Source: the human T2T-CHM13v2.0 reference genome, Homo sapiens
DNA length: 64,000 bases
Assembly: GCF_009914755.1 (NCBI RefSeq)
Contig: NC_060941.1
Direction: 5' to 3' (one strand)
The first letter of the stretch is position 1. The number at the start of each line of letters is the position of its first letter. Shown piece by piece: positions 1 through 64,000 of this stretch. A program made the position numbers and the translations under genes. The notes under the pieces are model-generated. The model saw nothing but the letters and a program-made list of their open reading frames with translations, was not told the origin of the DNA and made no database searches.

Positions 1-1097
1 TTGGTGGCCCCATGGGGCTCATGGCTACCGTTCTGGGCAGCTCGGAGCATGGGGCCTGCTCCTGGCCAGGCCATTGGGCTCCTGTAGGGCATTTCCACCA
101 GAGTCCTCCAAATTCCAGAGGCTGTTCCCTGAGCTGCCTCTGCTGCTGGGAAAGTGCTGCTGTCCTGGGAGACGGCTCCGGCTGCTGACTTCCTGAGGCC
201 CCAGCAACCTGGGGCTGGCTGAGGTCTGGTGGGGCCCCTGGGGGAGCTTGTCCTGCACATCCTATCCCACTGTCTACTCCCCTTTTCCTGGGAAATGTTT
301 ACATTCCAGACACTCAGCTATCTCTATCCAGGGCTTCTCCAGGCTCTGCATTTTTCGCATAGCTGAACAGGGACCTGGGCTGGCCTGGGGGCCGCTGCTG
401 GGCCCTATCTGTCCCCCTGGCTATCCCATTTAGGTATGACCATTTGCAGGGCAGGCCCTGTTCCTAGCAAAGGCCAGGCCTGAGGCACCCCCCGTCTCCC
501 CCGACCTTTTTGTCTCCAGGCATCCCCCAAAATAGGCACTTGTTGGAGCTCTCCTCCCTGCCTGACCCCAGCATGGGATTCCTTGTGAGAGCCATTGGAC
601 TAGACTGACTGATGGGGGAGGCAGGTAGCAATTGGGTTTGCTAAGCTATCATTGCTAGATCTCATCAGGGACTTCTCCTTTTCTGCTGCTTTGAGGCCTG
701 GCAGGGCTGCAAAGTAGGAAAGCCCAGGGCCTAAGGAGGCTGCCTCATTGTTGGGACCTTTTTCTGCAAGTCAGAGTCTCTGTGGTTGTTTTTTAAGTCT
801 TTAAAGCAATCAGTTGACATAGCATCGCTTTGTGCTGTTCTCACCTAGCTCTGCAGGGTCACTATCCCCCGGGGTGGGAGGCGGGGGTCAGATTGGGGTA
901 ACTGATTAAGAAACTGAACTAAAAACCTTCCTGAAGATGGTTTATCACTCTAAATTTGTAGTGGGTTTATGTTCATACCTTTCTTAACCCACAATTCTAT
1001 CCCTGGGACATCTGCCCCAGGAAATACTCAAGTGGTGCAGACAAAGATAGGAGTCCAAGAATGCCATCGACATGGTTGTTGGATTGCAAACCCTCTA

Positions 1098-2559
<1,462 letters not shown>

Positions 2560-3214
2560 TTAAACATCTTTATACCTCCCAGGTTTTTCACAGTGTGTGT
2601 GTGTATTCTGTAATAAATGAAAAAAACACGTATGTGCAACGACACTCCAGGAATTCCCTTTCTGGGAAGATGGTTGGAATTTGGTGACAGTAAGAGTCTG
2701 TGAGACCCAGCTGACTGGGGCCTGGAGGGACCTGGAAGAGCCCAGAGCAGGGCAGGGCCTCCGCGGTACTCTAGGCCCCTGGGTGAGCCCGGAGCTGCGG
2801 TGCAACCAAGATTTTCTCCCGAGAGACCGGTGTCTCCATTGTTCCAAACTCCCCCTACTTTCCCCACCCCACACCCATAAGGCCCCCATGCCACTGAGGA
2901 GGGCTGGGTCCGTCACCCAGGGTGCACGTGGTGGAGGCACCGAGTCAGTTCCTGGAAAGCATTGAGAGGCTGGTATGGTGTCGGGGAAGATCAGCTCGCA
3001 GGGGTGGCCATGAGGCCAAGGGCAGAGTCACAAAGGGACAGGGGGTGGGGCCTGGTAAATATGGGTTAGGCTCCAACACTCAGGTGTCTGGGAGGAACCG
3101 GAAAGGTACCGAAGCCCTGCTTCCTGCTGGGTCGTCTGGTGCTGCAGCTGCAGCAGCCATGGTGGCGCGAAGGGGACAGGTCTGCAGGCCCACCCCACGT
3201 GCTTCTCGTTGCAG

Positions 3215-22039
<18,825 letters not shown>

Positions 22040-22047
<8 letters not shown>

Positions 22048-22075
22048 GTGGCTGAGCGTCCAGGCTGCGCGATGA
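22040..22075 (+). CDS. LLGL2: LLGL2 terminal exon, coding part (stop 22045-22047, or 22073-22075 in the alternative frame)
   Basis: ttCAGCAG tandem acceptor, then GAG TGA. Confidence 0.9.
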
Positions 22076-22355
22076 GCACACACTACTACTGATGGCCTTT
22101 CGGGGGTCCCTGCCCCAGCCGGAGAGGCCGGTGCACAGGGCCCCGCCAGGGGCTGGGGGCATCCCGGCTTCCACAATGCAGCTGCTCTGGGCCTCGGGAG
22201 AGGAGAGACCCCAGTCCCCTGGGCTGCCCTTCCCGGGCCTCGTCTGTCTGGGTCCTTTGGTCAATGTTGCACAGTTTTTATTGCTCCCATCCCTTTTTGT
22301 AGTGGGCTGGGTTTTAAGTTATAAATGTTAACTGCCTCTGGGTGAAAAAGTTTTT

Positions 22356-22361
22356 AATAAA
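22356..22361 (+). terminator. LLGL2 polyadenylation signal AATAAA
   Basis: Canonical hexamer ~310 nt after the stop, with U-rich sequence on both sides. Confidence 0.85.
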
Positions 22362-23444
22362 CACCTATTACCTCTTGACTGGTCCACTACTTTAATATTT
22401 TAATTGTGTAGAAATTTTCCATGTGAATGGAAAGTGGGAGCCGGTACCCTGCCTGTCCCCCGAGGCTCCAGCCCTGGCCTGGGCCGGTGTCAGGAGAATC
22501 CACTTGGGGAGCCGTGTGAATCAAACTGCTTCGTTTTGTCTGAGCCCGGCGGTGCCTTCCCTCTGTGGGAACACATGGCAAGCACGAACCATCTTGAGTC
22601 TGCCTGACTTTTTCCCTGGGTCCTGGCCGCCCCTGGCTGGCCTTTCCCTACTGTCAGAAGAAGGACACCCACAATATCTCAGACCTGATGGCTTCCTCCA
22701 GACACCAGGGAGGACTGTGGGGTGCTGCTGAAGCGGGGCTGGTACCCAAGGAGAAAGGCCTTCCCCAGGGGAGGGGCTGGGTTATTTAGATTGGACATGG
22801 GCTGGATCTTTATTGACTCGTCTTCGTTGAGCACCTACTGTATGGCCAGTGCGTGGGGTTCTCCGGTGTCTGAGACAACTGTGGTTCCTGCCACAGTTGA
22901 CACTGGTGAGAAATGCACCTGGGGGGTGACCTGAGAGAGAACCAGGAATTGCCAGAGAGTGTGGTAAGCAAGCAGATTGTTCCAGACAGAGGACAAGAGG
23001 GCTCACCGCCACTCCAGGAACTCGCTTGCCATGGGAGGCAGTGGAGAGTGGAAGGTGGCTGGCAGGCAGGGCCGAAAGTGAGGCCAGACTAGGGAGGCCC
23101 AGTGAGGGCCAGGTGTGACAGGCGCCTGCTCTGCGTGAGTGAGGAAAGGCCCATCCAGAGGAGCTGGGTACAGGCGTTCCATCTGGCCATGTCCACCTCG
23201 AGATGGCCACTTGACCGTCCCTTGTTTCCCCAGGGGAGGGTGCAGAAAGACTTCTGAGATGAGCAACTCGAGAACTATGAGGAATGTAGGGGAGCAGTTC
23301 CCCAAAGGGAGAGGAACACCGTGCTAGAAGAAGCAGGGAAGGGATGATGCCTGGCAGAGACCAGCCACAGGGGTGGGGGATACCTGGTGAGACACCTGTA
23401 TCAGTCCCTTCCCATACTGCCATAAAGAACATATGCCATAAAGG

Positions 23445-25792
<2,348 letters not shown>

Positions 25793-25889
25793 TGCCAGTC
25801 TGCAGATTGAGATGTGAGGGTCTTGGGCATTCAAAGTGGTGGAGACCTGGTGTTCATTTAGCATTTGAGGCCAGGCAGATCCAACCCTG

Positions 25890-26060
25890 TACACTGGCTT
25901 TCACGTGACTGGCTGTGTGACCTTGGGTACATGACCTCACTCCCATACCTTGGTTTACTTATCTGTAAAGTGAAGGATAATAATAGGACTTACCTCAGAG
26001 GGTTGTAAAGGATTAAATGAGAGCCTGTAAAATCACACAGCACCTGATTCCTAGTAAACA
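25890..26060 (+). mobile_element. MIR
   Basis: ggctgtgtgaccttgggta..ttatctgtaaagtg..ataata..acctcagagggttgt..gattaaatgag. Confidence 0.75.
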
Positions 26061-26521
26061 CCCAACCCTAGGAGGTGAAAGTTACTGTGGATGGTGGGTG
26101 AGGCCAGGAGAGAAGGAGATGGCTCCAGAGGGAGGGAGTGTGGAAGGAAGTCCAGAGAGGGCGCGGCACACAGCCCCAGGGAGGAGCTCACTATACACTG
26201 GTGAGCGAAGCAGGCAAAGGAAGTCAGTGGGAAAGTGGGAAGCAGAGGGGAGAGCCAGGCTCGGGGGTGTGGCCTGTCTCCCTGCATGTCAAGATTAGCC
26301 AAGCTGTTCCCTGAAGGTTGTTCAAGGTCATAGAGCCAGGAGGGTGGAGCACTGCAGCTGGGATGGGGGACCAAGGCTGTCTGGTTCCAAAGCTGATTCC
26401 AGCAGAAGCGCTGCGGAGCTCCACAGTGTGGGTTCAGCAGAAAAGTGGGTATTAAAGGCCAGAGGGCCTGGGCTTGGTCCTCAAGTCCATATTTAGTGGT
26501 TATGTGTCCTTAAGCTACTGG

Positions 26522-27950
<1,429 letters not shown>

Positions 27951-27984
27951 AGGGCACCCAAAGGGACAGGAGATTGGACAGGGG

Positions 27985-28879
27985 CTGCGCAGGAGCCTCC
28001 CCGACGAGCGCCACCCCGCGCTCCACAGCCACCCAAGGGCTGAGGAGTGCGGGTGCACGGCGCGGGACTGGCAGGCAGCTCCAGCTGCGGCCCTGGTACT
28101 GGATCCACTGGGTGAAGCCAACTGGTCTCCTGAGTCTGGTGGGGACTTGGAGAACCTTTATGTCTAGCTAAGGGATTGTAAGTACACCAATTGGCACTCT
28201 GTATCTAGCTCAAGGTTTGTAAATACACCAGTCAGCACCCTGTGTCTAGCTCAGGGTTTGTGAATGCACCAATCGACACTCTGTATCTAGCTACTCTGGT
28301 GGGGACTTGGAGAACGTTTGTGTGGACACTCACTCTGTATCTAGCTAATCTAGTGGGGAGGTAGAGAACTTTCAGTGTCTAGCTCAGGGATTGTAAACGC
28401 ACCAATCAGCACCCTGTCAAAACGGACCAATCAGCTCTCTGTAAAATGGACCAATCAGCAGGATGTGGGCGGGGCCAGATAAGAATAAAAGCAGGCTGCC
28501 GGAGCCAACGGTGGCAATCTCCTAGGCTTTGTGGAAGCTGCGTTGTTTTTGCTCTTTGCAATAAAGCTTGCTGCTGTTCAGTTTTTGGGTCTGCACTGCC
28601 TTTGTGAGCCGTAACACCCATTGCGACGGCCTGCAGCTTCACTGCTGAAGCCAATGAGACCACGAACCCGCCAGGAAGAACGAACAACTCAAGACGTGCC
28701 GCTTTAAGAGCTGTAACACCGTGAAGGTCTGCAGCTTCACTCCTGAGCCAGCGAGACCACGAACCCACCAGAAGGAAGAAACTCCGGACATGCTGTCTTT
28801 AAGAACTGTAACACTCACCGTGAGGGTCTGCGGCTTCATTCAAGTCAGTGGGACCAAGAACCCACGAATTCCGGACACA
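27985..28879 (+). mobile_element. ERV9 LTR12 (LTR12C-like) solo LTR, 5'-truncated
   Basis: Repeated TCTAGCT..CCAATCAGCAC enhancer units; GC box, GATA and AATAAAA promoter box at 28484; U5 GCAGCTTCACT repeats; end CCGGACACA. Confidence 0.9.
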
Positions 28880-28923
28880 GAAGTTCCCTCTGTGTTAACA
28901 TTTACAAGGAAAACCACCCATCT

Positions 28924-32603
<3,680 letters not shown>

Positions 32604-32769
32604 AAACAGACCTTCTCACACCCAATAAATAGAGAGATGGGGAAGGATGAGAAGAGAGTGGTCTCAGAAAAGGAAGTAAAGTGGCTCTAAGAGCAGGAGA
32701 GCTGCTTATTTTCACAGATAAATGAACTTAAAGAGGCACCGAGTTTTTTTTTTTATTTTATTTAAAAAA

Positions 32770-33330
32770 ATTTTTTTTGATACATATTAGATGTACTTAT
32801 TTTGGGGGTACATGTGATAATTTGATATAATCAAATCAGGGTAATTGGGGTATCTGTCACCTTTTCTTTTTCTAATACTAGGAACATTTGAATCATTCTC
32901 TGTTGTGGTAATCAGATCCAACACCAGGTAGTGGGGGTGATGAAGTCCGGCAGAGTCAAAGGAATGAGAAAAAGACAGTTTGAGAGAGAAAGTGGGACCA
33001 GGGGACCATCGCGAGTGTGGAGGCTGTGAAGGCCCCTGGGCACTGGGAGCCCAGGCTATTTATTGGTGCTCAAAGAGGTGGTGAGGATGTGGAGGTTGAA
33101 AGGAAATAGTGTATCAAGTGAACGAGAAACATACGGCTGCTTGAGATAATGGGAGTGCTAGAAGCAAGGAGCCAGCAAGTCTAGCAGACATGCAAGTCCT
33201 GCCTGAGCTTCTCTCCCAACACTCAGCTTTTCTCCCAACAATTCTCTTCTAGCTATTTGGAAATGTACAATCAATTAATGTTATCTATAGTCATCCCACT
33301 GATCTATTGAACACTAGATCTTATTTCCTC
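32770..33330 (-). mobile_element. Old L1 (L1MA-like) 3' fragment hosting the solo LTR
   Basis: ggggtacatgtgata.., ttctagctattt..aaatgtacaat.., aacactagatcttatt are continuous across the LTR. Confidence 0.65.
32901..33240 (-). mobile_element. Complete 340-bp HERV-K-class solo LTR (LTR14A-like)
   Basis: TGTTG...CAACA termini; perfect 6-bp TSD ATTCTC (32895-32900 and 33241-33246); minus-strand AATAAA at 33059-33064; family from memory. Confidence 0.8.
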
Positions 33331-33576
33331 AAAGTGGCACTGAAATTTTGTCATGTTTCAGAGTGTTGGAAAAGAATGGTGGTCTCCCATTATTGGTGGC
33401 AATATAAATCGGCACAACCTTTGTGGAGAAAAATTTGGAAATCTCAAAATTACAAATGCAAGTGCCCTATGGTGCAGCGATTCTACTTATAGTTGATTCT
33501 ATGCAGATGCTGGTGAAATTGTATTCCAGTATTGGCTGTAACTTAAGCAAAAGATGAGAGGAAGGAAGGATCCACC

Positions 33577-34462
33577 TTTTTTTTTTTTTTTTTTTTTTAA
33601 GAGAGTGAGTCTTGCTCTGTCACCTAGGCTGGAGTAGGGTGGAACAATCTCAGCTCACTGCAATCTCCGCCTCCTGGGTTCAAGCGATTCTCTTGCCTCA
33701 GCCTCCCGAGTAGCTGGGGTTACAGGCATGTGCCACCACACCTAGGTAATTTTTGTATTTTTAGTAGAGATGGGGTTTCACCATGTTGGCCAGGCAGATC
33801 TCGAACTCCTGACATCAGGTGATCCACCCACTTCGGCCTCCCAAAATGCTGGGATTACAGGCATGAGCCACCTCACTTGGCCAGGATCCACTTTGGATGT
33901 AGAAACCCATCAATAAGGAATTGGTTCAACCATGGTGCATTTATTTGCAAGGAAGAGAGGGAGGAGAGAAGGGAGGAAGGCAGGCTGGCTTTTTATGGTA
34001 TTATTATGAAATCACCAGATTACATTGTTAAGTGAAAAAGGCAAAGTGGAGACCCCGGAGCTACATAAGCTACCACTTGTGCTAAAGGGGAAAAATATAA
34101 TATTTGCTTTTCTCTGCATGGGAAGTTTTTGTTGTTGTTTCTTTGTTTTTGAGACAAACAAAATGCTCTGTCACCCAGGCTGGAGTGCAGTGGTGTGATC
34201 TCAGCTCACTGCAAGCTCTGCCTCCTGGGTTCATGCCATTCTCTCCTGCCTCCTGGGTTCATGCCATTCTCTTGCCTCAGCCTCCCGAGTAGCTGGGACT
34301 ACAGGCGCCCCCCACCACGACCGGCTAATTTATCGTATTTTTTAGTAGAGACGGGGGTTTCACCATGTTAGCCAGGATGGTCTCCATCTCCTGACCTCGT
34401 GATCCGCCCTCCTTGGCCTCCCAGAGTGCTGGGATTACAGGCGTGAGCCACCGCGCCCGGCC
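33577..34462 (-). mobile_element. Two - Alus (33577-33883; 34140-34462 with an internal ~30-bp duplication) among old L1 remnants
   Basis: Alu consensus. Confidence 0.88.
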
Positions 34463-35235
34463 AACCTGGAAAATTTTGCAAGGAAATACAGAAATGGGTA
34501 ACCTCAGGGGAACACTGAGTACATAGGCTGAGGGTCAGGAATGGGAGACTTTTATCTTGTAATGTTTGGATGTTTGAATTATGTGAATGTATTACCTGTT
34601 TTAAAAATAGATATTTTAAAAACACACACATTGGGGCAATCAGGAATGTATGGGGTGTGGTTCTGTTCCACAACTCCAAGGAGGTAGACAGGCATGTTTT
34701 ACACCAGTTCAAGATGTACATTTATGTTTTATGTACTTTTCGGTAAATTGTATTTATTCCACAATTGAAAAGAACAAAAACCCTAGCGACTCATGGAGTG
34801 CTGCCGTGTGCCAGGGTGGGCCTGGCCCCAGTCCCTTGGAACCCTCAGAAGGAAGAAGTCCAGACAGGTTCTCTGGGCCCTTCCTTGCTGGGCAAGCACT
34901 GAGGTGGGAGTGGAGCATGGACCCCCTCAGTCTGGCGCGGTGCGAGGCTGGCCTGGCTGGCAGCGCCTCCCGGCGGCACTGTTGCCCTGTCCGCAGCTGT
35001 AGCGTCTCCTGTTTCCTGGGCGCCTCTACTCCATTGTTGGCCGAGGGGGTCAGGACCCGCCGCCTTCTGCATTATTGATGGTCCTGTAAGGCGGGCACCT
35101 CGGGGAGTAGAGCCTGTAGCCCCTGCGAGAGCAGAGCCGGGTGGTGCACTGCACAGAAGGTCACCGCGGGAGGCCAAATCCCCGGGGAGGGGAAAGGACC
35201 TGGGCGTCGGGAAGCCCGTCTCCTTTGGGCCAGCC

Positions 35236-63973
<28,738 letters not shown>

Positions 63974-64000
63974 GTGGGCCCCCACGGGGAGGTGGCCAGG

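Overview
Human (primate) genomic DNA, GC-rich and very Alu-dense, recognisable as the chr17q25 LLGL2-MYO15B locus. Both genes are on the + strand. (1) LLGL2: 24 exons (3215-22047) splice without a stop into the C-terminal 995 codons; the ATG exon lies upstream of the window, and the polyA signal is at 22356. Its first intron here looks U12 (minor-spliceosome) type, and its last exons are dual-coding. (2) A ~13 kb intergenic block of nested Alus, a 5'-truncated ERV9 LTR12, a MER39/MER34-like LTR remnant and a complete 340-bp HERV-K-type solo LTR with a 6-bp target-site duplication (TSD). (3) MYO15B: CpG-island first exon plus 38 further exons (35236-63973), giving an uninterrupted 2163-codon frame with a low-complexity N-terminal extension, degenerate motor, IQ, MyTH4 and Pro/Gln-rich tail; it continues past the window. 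No CRISPR, rRNA or tRNA was seen, and I found no clearly new biological system. The best leads are the intact 'pseudo-motor' myosin with a coding 27-bp RG repeat, the putative U12 intron, and an inverted 103-bp templated insertion copied from a neighbouring Alu. Exon boundaries were read by hand; repeat boundaries and family names are approximate and from memory.
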